Shown here in pieces: positions 21,710 to 32,842 of a stretch of DNA of 44,466 nucleotides. Source of the DNA: Basidiobolus meristosporus CBS 931.73 (lineage: Eukaryota; Fungi; Basidiobolomycota). Where the stretch lies: the NCBI GenBank assembly GCA_002104905.1, contig MCFE01000693.1:1-44466 (forward strand), read 5' to 3'. The notes under the pieces were generated by a model. The model saw only the letters and a program-made list of their open reading frames with translations. It searched no databases and had not been told where the DNA came from. Positions within the stretch are counted from its first letter, which is position 1. Every line of letters starts with the position of its first letter. Made by a program: the position numbers and the translations under genes.

Positions 21710-24700
21710 GTTTGTACACTAGTAGGTAAGCTGCAAGTGGATATTCTCTGATGATTGTGAAACATCATCTTCATTGTGGCCCAAACTTCCTCTGTGTGTT
21801 GTTTCTGTGAAATACAAAGTTCCCAACTGTCAATGCTGCTGGTGATATGGTCTTATCATATTTCCGCTTCATCTTTTCTGCACTCTGAGATACTATGACC
21901 GGTGCCTCTTGACATCATTGTTCAAGCTACTGGTGTCTACTTGACTGACTGAGCTCATCTTCTGAGGCATCTGTTAGTGTTGGTTGTGCAAGATCTCCAG
22001 GAATCCTTGGTTCACATTGTTACACAAGGTAAGTAGCAATTGTTGGGTGGTGCTGTGCACTTTAACTCTTTAGGCAAAAAGTGCTTGGTCTAAACACTCA
22101 TCCCATCCACTGACAGTTCCATTTGCATACTTGGTCAACATTTTCCCAAATGATACATTAAACTGCTCAGTGACTCCATTTGTTCAGGGGTGACATGCCA
22201 AGGTTTTCAAGAGTTTGAGCCGCTGCATTTCCAGGTAAGCTTCCAATGTCTTTGCCATAAAGTTTACTCCTCTATTGGATCAAGTTTCTACCAGGCATCC
22301 ACACTACACAAGGATCTCATGGTACATGAAACTTGCAACTATTTGTTCACTAGTTGCAAGTACTGCTTTAGTCACTAGCTATTTGATGGCATGGTCAATT
22401 GCTACTAGTGTCCAATGGTTGCATTTTCTGGTGGTTGCAAGCTTTCTAATGAAGTCAATTCCCCATCTCTCAAATGGTCTTACAAGACCAAAATAGTGCC
22501 ATTCATTTTTGTGACATAATACAAGCTACAGGAGCTAGATTCAGAGTGCCATGGGTATTGAGCATCAGATGCATATCTTCAGTTCTCCTGTGCTCTTACA
22601 CATCCTGAGCTACATTGATCCACAAAAAAAGGTCAAAAAATGGATCTTCTCCTGCGCAATGGGTGAAACACAGGGGCTGCTTTACATGAAGATGCAGAGC
22701 TATGTTTCACACTCAGTGGCCAAGTATAGGCTCACTTGACCTCTTGGGCACACTATGGCATCATTGGGCACTCATGGCTCAATGTGGCACTATCCAACGG
22801 AACAAGTCTTATGTATTAAATCCAGGCAAGCAACATAAGGGCAATAGGCAATAGGGCTTCCATCAACAATTTGGTAACGTGTTTCATCCTGTACCACAAA
22901 TTTGCTGGCTTCATCCCAGATTGTGTTTGTGATATCTTCATACACCTCATAAGGAATGGCTTGGTCCTCCAAGTACTGTTGTAATAGGCTAGGCTAATCT
23001 GATTCATGCACCAAGCTGAGTTGTGCAACTTGTTCTAGTCTTGATAGGAATTGGCAACTATGTTATTCTTCCCATGGCAGTAAAAAGTCTGCAAGTCAAA
23101 TTACTGAATGTGTTCACTACATCTCGTCATTGTTCTGGAGAGTCCCTTCTGAGTATACACATACTTGAGTGAAGCATGATCAGTGCTCACAGTACACTTG
23201 ACTCCTTCAATGTAGCATCTCCAGGTTTTCAAGCAGTGTATCATGGCAAGCATCTCCTCATGCAATGAATGATTTTTTCTGCTGAGTCTAGTTTATTAGA
23301 CTCAAATGCAACTGGGTTGGCCTTTCTGCCATGTTCTCGGCTCAATACTCTGCCAACTTTATAGTCTGAAGCTTATGTGCACAAAGACTCTGTTCTGAAG
23401 TCTGGAATTCTTATGCTTGGCAGCTTAGCAGGTTCATTCCTGAGCATCCAAAAGGCAGTCTCACAGGCTTTTTTGGGGTCCAAGGTCACTCCCAAGCTAG
23501 TCACTCATTGTCCCCGGTTTCTACAAGTTCCTTTAAAGTTCACACTTTGCTAGCTTTGTGTAGAGCTTGTTCACTCTTAGCTTCTTCAAGACCTTTACAG
23601 TGGGCACCAGGTGCTGCTCTTCTGTCTTTCTATATCAATATGTATACTAGGTAGATTACAACAATTCTTTACAAGTATTCCTAGACAATTGTTTGCATTA
23701 AGGTCATGGATGTTGTAGGGGCATTGGTGAGGCCAAAACCCATGACTAAGTACTTGTGATGTCCTTATCTGGTCCTGAATGTTGTCTTGGGGTTGTCTTC
23801 TGGTTTTACCCTAATCTGGTTGTATCCTGACATAAGGTCAATTATGCTTAATATGGTTGCTCCATTGTGTTGGTCCAAAAGCCCATCAATCATACGTATG
23901 AGGTACTTATTCTTTGCAGCAACCTAGTTGAGGGCTCTGTAGTCAATACACATCCTAAGTGTTCCATCCTTTTTTTCCACAAAGAGTACTGGGGCTCCTC
24001 AAGGTGTCTTACTTGGTCTAATTTATCCTTGCTCCTATAACTGAACCATTGGTCTCTTAATCACTTCCATCTCCAAATAGCCAGGTTTTTTCAAGTACAA
24101 GGTTAAACTCACAGTACCTAAATATATAGGCCTTTAAGTCTTCTCCATAGTCATTGATCTTCAATCTTACTGGCTGAGTAAAACACTGATTATGTGAGAG
24201 TTTCCATTTGCTTTTAAGACTGAGGTCAAATTGGTGGGTTCCAAGCTGATTGCAGCTTTCAAGGTAAATTGCTCTGACATGTACTCATGTGATGCTCCTG
24301 AGTCAGCCACAATCTTGGCAGGTACTCCATTGAATATTGCATTGAAGTATAGTAGCTTTCCTGAGTTTGAGGTCATCTGGGATAGGTATTCATCTATTAT
24401 GTGGAAGGTGAGTTCTGAATCTTCTTCAAGTTTATCCTACATGTTACTATGGTCAAGGGCTGCAATATGGTTGAAAGTTCTTGATGGCTGGTGTCCATTT
24501 CTTCTCTGAGGGCAGTACTTTGCAATATTTCCATGCTTGTGGCAATTAAAGCAAAGTCCTTTCTTCTTACATTCTTTTGAGGTGGGATTCTTCTGCATAG
24601 TGTATATTTCCATTGGCACAGCATCAGACTGTCTTCTTGCAATGTGATTGTAGCCTCTCTGATTTGTCATTGTGGGCTTCCCAACTCCAGACATAGCTGA

Positions 24701-25585
24701 GTTGTAGTCAATGGCAATTTTAACAGCTTCTTTAATAGTCTGAGGTCTCCTACTGTTCACTTCCATGCAAGTTCTTTCCTTTAACTTATCAGCAGAGTTT
24801 TCAACTTCATCCAGGGGGTCTAAGTGTTTAACTTGTCCAAGTAGACATCTATACTCATAGATGCATTCTTGAACCATTCTTCTCTGTCTCAGTGTCTTGA
24901 GCTTCCTTCTCAATAGTGTTGGCTGGTGTGGGGGTTTAAAAGCATCATGAATTTTCAGCATACACTCATCCCAGGTTGAGATTGTAGAGCATCCCATCAT
25001 AGTTGCTGACCTGATCTTGTTGTGGTACCATTGTAAAGCTCCATCCACTAAGTAAGAGGCTTCATAATGCAACTTGCTTTCTAGAACAATTCCCTTAGCC
25101 TTAAAAGCTTCTTTAATCTGAAAGAGCCAAGTTTCCAGGTTCTTGTTGACTCTACCATGGCACCAAAGTTGCTCTTGACAGGGTTTTGCTGGCTTTTGGC
25201 CATGGTAGTGATTCCTTGTTGCTGCAGGCTAAGGATCTGGAGTAAGTGTTGCTGTTGGGCCAGGATTTGCGGCAAAGGATTCTTCCATTCTAGATTTTTG
25301 GACATCTTGAGGGAGGCTTCTACTTTCTTTAGGAGGGAGGTTTCTGGCTATTGCTGCTACCAATGTTACAAGTCTTGATATAAGAGTTGTAGATGAATAG
25401 GGAGTTTAGCTAGTATTGTTTTCACCAAAACTTGAACTGATTTTTATTGTGGTTCCAGCAGCTTCTTATATACATTTTGCTAGATCAATTGCTGACTAAT
25501 TGTATTTCCCAATATTGGATGTGCCTGATGACTCATTTGACAAGATCATCATCACCCAATAGCATGATACTTGATATATCTATCC
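21710..25585 (-). mobile_element. Ty3/gypsy copy 2, heavily degraded, truncated 5' LTR (25364-25585), no 3' LTR
   Basis: Collinear with copy 1 from integrase through RT, protease (IVADSGASH) and gag (ORF 24437..25072 with knuckle CFNCHKHGNIAKYC) to PBS TTGGTAGCAGC and the LTR. Confidence 0.92.
22494..22792. mobile_element. ~300-bp non-autonomous TIR element (MITE-like) inserted in gypsy integrase
   Basis: Ends TAGTGCCA...TGGCACTA (the inverted match extends to ATAGTGCCA/TGGCACTAT). Interrupts the gypsy integrase sequence. Has internal imperfect inverted segments. Confidence 0.7.
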
Positions 25586-25750
25586 AAGTTTTCTGTGAAG
25601 CTTGGGACGCAATTTTTTTTTAACTGTCTTGGTGTGGTGTCCTGACAATATTGGTATATCTTGGTCTTGGGACTACAACTCTGTGACAGCCTTTTGCTGG
25701 GATCATCACAATTCTTTCTCATAGAGGATATATCAAATGCAGTATCTCCA
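25585..25750 (-). pseudogene. fragment of unknown conserved frame (ORF3), copy 1
   Basis: Homologous to 28790-28960 (inverted). Minus strand reads MRKNCDDPSKRLSQSCSPKTKIYQYCQDT. Confidence 0.45.
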
Positions 25751-26029
25751 ATAGAACACCAGCAAACTATTATTGCAATATCATGACTGCTAGTTTTAGC
25801 AAGTATATTGTCTGCTCATCTTATGATAAGTATACCTCCCACAGACAAGTTTATTATTATAGCAACTATTGTGTACTTATCTATTTTTTATCTTATCAGT
25901 ATTATCCTATTATTCTTTGCCTATGTTTTTGGTATTATTGCCATGCAATATTTACCCTGATTAGTTATTGGCTTTAGTTATCCCAGATGTAACTCAGCTT
26001 TGTAATCAGTATATTTATCAACATTGACA

Positions 26030-26372
26030 AATACCTGCATCAGTTGATTTTTCACCAATTTGCTCATTTTCTGTTCCCCAATGTGCTCTAGCCTCCTATG
26101 CTATGTTTCCAAGTTAGTTTCATCAGTTTCAGCAATGTTGACTTACTCAGTCACAGTGATCTTCCATTGTAGCTTGTATATACTGTTAAATCTGATTCCC
26201 AAAGCAAATTTTTGTCCATTTTAACTTAACACTGAGCAGCTCAGCTTAGTAATAGCAGATTTAAATCCCTCAGTTGTTGCTTTACTGACTAAGAGTAGGT
26301 TCCTGGCTATTCCAGGCATAGTGTCATAAGTATAAGCTGCTGATCGATACCAAATAGTCCAGTATTGCAACT
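26030..26372 (-). mobile_element. internally deleted copia family 2 remnant
   Basis: 26041-26320 matches the pre-integrase region 37460-37740. 26335-26372 matches the last ~35 bp of the family 2 LTR. Confidence 0.75.
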
Positions 26373-26409
26373 GTAAGAAGTATGCAAAAGAGGTAGTTGC
26401 CAATTAATG

Positions 26410-26590
26410 TACACAAATGCAAGTGGTGATTGGGTTTCTTGAATCAGAAAGCTAGAGTATTGACACAGAAGTAATCAGATATTATTTACATATTGTAAGG
26501 ATGAAATATTACACCACATTTTTTGCAAAATCTGGGGTGCTACTTTTTCTCTATAGTATTTGCACAGTGTCCTCATGTGTTCCATAGCTC
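26410..26590 (-). pseudogene. fragment of unknown conserved frame (ORF3), copy 2
   Basis: atctggggtgc...tttgcacagtgtcct and its upstream sequence are homologous to 28880-29050 (inverted). Confidence 0.45.
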
Positions 26591-26789
26591 TGTTATTTAT
26601 TTCATTCTGCTCAAGGATAAGTCTTATCAGGTCCATACTACTATGAGTGTTTTGGATCTAAATTTTGTTAGCTTAAACTTTCCTACAGCTCCTGAAAAGT
26701 TGTCTGGCTTGTTCCCCATTTATGCAGGCCCAGCGGTGCTATTTGTCTTGCTCAAATAAGCAAAGCTAATGAGCTTGAATCTTCTGTGA

Positions 26790-27090
26790 CAAGTCTTAAA
26801 CATTTCTCCATTCAAGCTAATGCTATAGGTACCAAGATGTGATGAAAAGTAAACTGATATGAGTAGACTCTGTCATCCAATGCTCAAGGCATTATTGGCA
26901 TCATTTTGATCAGTGATTCTGCATCTGGATATGTCAAGCTGAAGCAGTAACCTTCTGATATGCCCCTGCTTGCAGATATTAGGTCCTTGGCTATTTCTGG
27001 TGAATAGAGCAGCTCTTCAGAAGTAGGTATATGACTTCCTTCATTGCCACAGTGCTTACTAAGACTATACCCTGTCCAGCACTGTTAGCT
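26790..27090 (-). pseudogene. copia family 1-like protease/pre-integrase fragment
   Basis: Similar to 960-1220 (catcattttgatcagtgat...gtcaagctgaa...ttggctatttctg). Confidence 0.7.
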
Positions 27091-27099
27091 CACAGACTC

Positions 27100-28790
27100 T
27101 ATGAAGCAAAATTTGGTCCTGTAGGTGGATTAAATCTGGATCAGCTATCAGGATTCTGTCAAGAGACCATTATATTGATCTATGGCCAGTACATCTAATT
27201 GCCTTTTAGGGCAAAAAACTTGACAGTGTCTTGACAGCCTCTTTGCAAGCCTCTAATGGCATTATCATGGCAGTATAGCAGCCCACAGCTAGCTCTGTAC
27301 AATGCTACTGGAACAATTTACCAAATGGTGTTTCCTTTTTTTACCCTCCCTTGATGCAATTTATATATTTCACTGTAGAATCACTCCTCTTTACTTGCTT
27401 ACCCACTACTGCCATGGTATTTTGCATAGAGTTTGAATCAAAAAATATTATGGCCACTTGCTTAGTAACCTCTACAAACATGCACACCTGCCACAATTGA
27501 CATGCTTCCATCACCTCAACTTTACAGCTTTTTAGTGTGATGCTTGCAAAGTTGCCATATTCCTTTTATTGCTGGTAAGATATTCATCTGGGACCATATG
27601 CCTGGCTGCCACTACTTCTGCCATGAATATCTCCTGATTATCTGCAAAGAACTTTTTGGTACTCAACCAATATTTTCTTTCTCCCTGATGGATTCTAGTT
27701 TCCCTTATAGGGGCATTCTGACTCTTGATTGAGAATTCTGTATTGAATGGTGTAGAAATTGGCTTGTGACCAAGAGAAATCTGCCATAACTTGTTAGAGT
27801 TTTCCTAATAAAAACTGGTTGTTTGTTGCACCCAACCCACATTTGCATTACTTAACTGATTACCTATGCATTGGGGCTGCTTAGCTTCTTAATGCCTTGG
27901 GCACAGGTGTCTCCATTTGCTCACATGTCCTCAGTATATTGCAACTCTTCCTGGCTGTCCTCCATGTGTCAGCTCATAACATCCATAACAAACCTGAAGG
28001 CAATATTCTCAATGAGATAGAGATATTGTAGTACTTGCAACTTGACTTGTCTTCCCATCTCCACACACATCTGCTTGATGGGAAATTCCCAAAAGGTGAA
28101 GCAAGGTCCAATATTCTCAACACACTAAGCAGGATGGTGTGGCAAATGGATACAGTAGCAGCAGAGATTTATGCATTCAGCTTTATGTTTGAAGCATAGC
28201 CACTCAAATTCCGTCACAGACTCTCTGCACAAAAGCTGTTGATGTGTCAAGTGGGTATTGGTGATTTGCTTCTGGATAGATATTCCTGCAATGTCCACAT
28301 ATGACTCCCAATGCTTAAAACGTACTCTTGGTAGAAATGGCTTTGGAAGGCCACTTGAAGAAATACATATCCAGTTCATCCAGTCCTTGCACTAGTATTG
28401 TTGCATATGCATATGAGTATTGATTGGGGCCTGTGAGAAGTACATAAGGTAGGGGATACTCTGTAATATCTTGCAAGTTCTTTCAAAATACTCTGGTATC
28501 TCAAAGGGCTCATTTGGCTTGAAAAGCCACATGTACTACTTGGTCATTATTATAGGAATATTTTTGGAAAGCAAATGCATTATTGCCAGTGGAAAGCTTT
28601 TGCTCCAAAAGATACCCTCTATCTTAAATATCTCTGGTTTCCAATTGATTCCATATTCTGGTCAATGGCTTATAGCTTGCCAACTTTGCTGCAATTGCAT
28701 GTTGACTTCTGTATGTTTGCTCTGTGCAAAGAGGATGCTCTTTGTGTTGGTATATGGGTATTAATAATGTTTGTGAGTTATGGAGTACAT
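27100..28790 (-). pseudogene. CMC/CACTA transposase C-terminal half, copy B
   Basis: Collinear with 3400-5300. Reads EYGINWKPEIFKIEGIFWSKSFPLAIMHLLSKN and CVENIGPCFTFWEFPIKQMCVEMGRQVK. Confidence 0.87.
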
Positions 28791-29060
28791 CTGCTGGACT
28801 TTACAAATTCACTATGAGAAACTATTGTGATGATCCTGCCAAAAGGCTGTGACAGATTTTAAGCCCTATGACTAAGAGGTATTGATTCCATCAGGACACT
28901 GTGCAAAGACCATCAAAAAATAATTGCACCCCAGATATCATAAAGAACTTGGTCAAGATTTTTCATCACAACAATACCAAAGTGGCTTTTGATTGGTTCT
29001 CTGCAAATTTTCTCACTTTGTGATCCTGGACACTTTATCACCTCCTATGTTTGTGAGAAT
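28790..29060 (+). pseudogene. fragment of unknown conserved frame (ORF3), copy 3, convergent with ORF2
   Basis: Reads MRNYCDDPAKRL*QILSPMTKRY*FHQDTVQRPSKNNCTPDIIKNLVKIFHHNNTKVAFDWFSANFL. Motifs are shared with the other two copies. Confidence 0.45.
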
Positions 29061-29137
29061 TGATGGTAAATGTCAGTTTTTCACCCTGCTTACTACCTGA
29101 CAACCATTTCTCTTATTTTTCATGCATACAAATTGAC

Positions 29138-29894
29138 TTATCTCTGATGAGACTCCAATTGTACCTCAATTGATAATTGTATTGCCTTATATAAGTCCCT
29201 ATACCTGTCACTAACATTAAGCTCAACCCCATACTTAACAAGTAACTTCATTAAAATCCACCATTGTATCAGTATATCTGCTTTAATGGTCCGTTTCCAT
29301 GACTCTAGTAGGAACTCTACAGCTTTATGCCGTTGTTCATTCACTAGTTCCCATACATCCTGGTCTTCAGCCAGCACTGCAAGGTCTGAGTACTCATCTG
29401 TCAGTCATTGCATTAGATCCTAGCAATATTCCAGTGAGTTTTCTTGAGCACTGCTCTTGAAGAAGTGCAGCAACCTCTTTGTGTGCCTATCAATATTCCA
29501 AATTTCACCCAGACATTGTAATTACCTTTTGAGTTCTTGACATTGCTAATTTGGCTGTCAATGGGATCTCCACTCTGTCAGCAATGGAGGACATGGAGGC
29601 TGTAGTAGACAAATGCCTTTCACTGCACACTCATCTGACTCACAGGTGTGTAGCTCAACTGGCTGCACTTCTGACTCTTGCCAAAGCAGCAATTTTTTTA
29701 TTGCTAACTCTTCTTGGCTATGATGAATTTAGTCTGCTTTGTGCTTGCAGCATTAATTGGAAAGAACTACAGCTTTTTCTTGTGGTTCCCTGTCTATTGA
29801 TTGGGCAGACTTTTCCCCTTTAATTTTTCCTTTATTGCCACCAGTTCTTTCACTGATACTTTTTCTCAGTGCTTGTTGTATTGAACTAAGTTTT
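29138..29894 (-). pseudogene. ORF2 C-terminal part, copy B/C (split by copia 2a)
   Basis: Reverse complement is collinear with 8640-9138 and continues into ORF 29138..29377 and its stop. Confidence 0.72.
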
Positions 29895-30428
29895 TGTTGC
29901 AATTTAAGAAGTGATATGGATATAAGGAACTTATCAAGAAATAGTGATAATAGATGAACTGTTGTTTATTAATAGAGAGGCTCAGTATTTATACCTTTGT
30001 AGAAGTAATATAGCTGTAGCACTAAGTAAGGAGGGTTTCTCAATATTCAGGAGCATTCTGTAACAGTTTCAGGGTTAGTACATAATGCTTAGTAATAGTG
30101 CTAATTTGATCCTGACTATAGGGGAATAATCATAAGATCATAGATCTGAAGAAAGTGGCAAAGTTAGAGCTGTAAATTAGTCCCATAGTGACCAAGAATA
30201 GTCCAGAATTGTCAAGTAATTTTTTAGCTGCTGAATGATACCATATAGTCTAATATTTCTACACTCCCCCTCAACTACATAATTTCATGATCCTAATTCC
30301 TCCCTGAGATTCTCAAATTGTGGCCTAGCTAGTGGTTTTGTCAATATATCTGCCACCCTTTTGTTAGTTGGGCAGTACACTAACTCTAATAAGTTACTTT
30401 CTACAGCTTCCCTCACAAAGTGATGCTG

Positions 30429-32842
30429 TGTTACAAGTCTTGATATAAGAGTTGTAGAGGAATTGGGAGTTTAGCTAGTATTGTATTCTCTAAAACTTAA
30501 ACTGATTTTTATTGAGATTCCAGCAGTTCTGTATATAGGTTTTGCCAGATCAATTGCTGACCAATTGTATTTCCTAGTGTGGGTTGTGGCTGATGACTCA
30601 TTTGATTGCATAATCATCACCCAATAAGATCCTACTTAATATATCTATTTCTGTCTGATAAGGATCTGCCGATTCATTTGCTGACTAATCCTACTAATTT
30701 GAGCTATAATACTGATATACTGATAACCTGAACATATAACTAATTGATTTGAGTAAAAATAGATTTAATTTAAAGATTCAAGCAGCAGAGCATAACATTC
30801 TCCCCTGCTAAAGTGAGAGGGTTCTCCTGAATCTCTTCTATTGTGATATCAATATCTTGATTGCTCAGTATTATCAGCAATTCTTGCAAGCTTTAGTCCA
30901 TCTCTATGCACTCAGTCTTCTTGGATATTGCCTTGTTTGTCCACTAGTTGGTAAGCTGCAAATGGACATTCTCTGATGATCTTGAATTGCCCTGTCCATT
31001 ATGGCTCAAACTTCTTCTGAGTGTTTTGTCTTAGCAATACAAAGTTCCCAACTGTCAATACTTCTGGTGCTATAGTCTTATCAAATCTCTGCTTCATCTT
31101 TTCTGCACTTTGAGATACCTAGGTCTGTGCCTCTTAACATCTTTATTCCAGTTGCTGGTGTCTACTGGGCTGACTAAGTTCATCTTCTAAGGCATCTGAA
31201 AGCTTTGGTTGTGTGAGATCTCCTGGAATCCTTGGTTCACATCCATACACTACGTAAAATGGCAATTGCTGGGTGGTGGTGTGTACTCTGACTCTGCATG
31301 AAAAGAGTGCTTAGTCTATATGCTTATCCCATCTACTGACAGCTCCACTTGCATACTTGGTCAGCACTTTTCCAAATAATCCATTAAACCATTCAGTGAC
31401 TCCATTAGTTCTGGGGTGATATGCCAAGGTTTTCAGGTGTTTGAACTGCTGCATTTCCAGGTTAGCTTTCAATGTTTTTGCAATAAAGATTGCACCTCTA
31501 TCAGATAAAATCTCTACAGGGCGTCTAAACTTCATAAGGATCTCATGGTAGATGAAACTTGCAACCTCTTGTTCACTGGCTATAGGTACAGCTTTAGCCA
31601 CTGGCCGTTTAGTGGCATGGTCAATTGCTACTACAATCCAATGGTTGCATTTCCTGGTAGTTGGCAGTCTTCCAATAAAGTCAATTCCGCATCTTTCAAA
31701 TGGTCTTACAGGCTCCAAGGGAAAGAATTTAGCTATTATCTGTGGTAGGCCTTGGTTGATTTGGCAATGTGGGCATGTTTTCACTAGCTTCTCAATGTCA
31801 TGTTTCATTCTGGGCCACCATGCTCTGGCTTTCACAAGGCTTTAGGTTCCTTCAATTCCAAAATGTCTACATCCATTGTGTAGCTTATGTATCAAATCCA
31901 GGCAAGAAACATAAGGGCAATAGACAATAGGTCTTCCATCAACAATCTTGTAGTGTGTTTCATCCTGTAATACAAATTTACTGGCTTCATCTTGGATTAT
32001 CTTCTTGATATCTTCATCCACCTCATTAGAAGTGGCTTGGTCCTCTAAGTACCTTGGTAATAGGCTGGGCCAATCTGATTCATGCACCATGTTGAGTTGT
32101 GCAACTTGATCTAATCTTGATAAGGCATCAGCAACCGTGTTGTTTTTTCCAGGGCAGTAGACAATCTCCAAGTCAAATTGCGGAATGTATTCACTCCATC
32201 TTGTCATTCTTCTAGAGAGTACCTTCTGAGTAAATATATACTTGAGGAAGGTATGATCAGTCTTTACAGTGCATTTGACTCCTTCAATATAGCATCTCTA
32301 TGTCTTTAAACAGTGTATTATAGCAAGCATCTCCTTCTCATGCACTGGATAGTCTTGTTCTGCTGAGTTCAGTTTATTGGACTCAAAAGCAACTTGGTAG
32401 TCCTTTCCCTTGTGTTCTTGGCTCAACACTCCACCAATTACATAATCTGAAGCATCTGTGCACAGAGTAAACTCTTTTCTGAAGTCAGGTATTCTTAAGC
32501 TTAGCAGCTTAGCAAGTTCATTGTTGAGTGTAGGAAGGCAGTTTCACAAGCTATGTCCCACTTGTAGGTATTGTCTTTCTCAAGGATATCAGCTAAAGGG
32601 GCTGCAATACTTACAAAGGACTTGACAAATCTTTGATAATAGGAAACAATTCCAAGGAATGATCTGAGCCCTGATATGCTATGATCTGAGCCCTGATATG
32701 CTATGGCGCTGCTTCAGATTCTTGATTACTTTTACCTTCTTGGGGTCCAAGGTTACTCCTGTGCTAGTCACTATGTGTCCCAGATATTCTACATGTTCCT
32801 CGAAGAATTCACACTTGGGTAGCTTGTCATAAAGCTTGTTCT
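30429..32842 (-). mobile_element. Ty3/gypsy copy 3 (3' LTR 30429-30797, IN, RH, part of RT)
   Basis: LTR and PPT as in the other copies. ORFs 31311..31835 and 31842..32207. Inserted in copia 2a RNase H and cut at RT by copia 2b. Confidence 0.94.
32659..32705. repeat. exact 22-bp tandem duplication in gypsy RT/RH
   Basis: atgatctgagccctgatatgct twice, followed by atg. Confidence 0.9.

Noticed and set aside
22494-22795. TAGTG and CACTA pentamers as CACTA termini
   Set aside because: They face the wrong way for a CACTA element. The inverted match extends inward (GCCA/TGGC), not outward.
29138-29377. Ankyrin-like look of MKLLVKYGVELNVSDRY
   Set aside because: Single partial match with no TPLH motif or second repeat. 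The segment is the in-frame C-terminus of ORF2.
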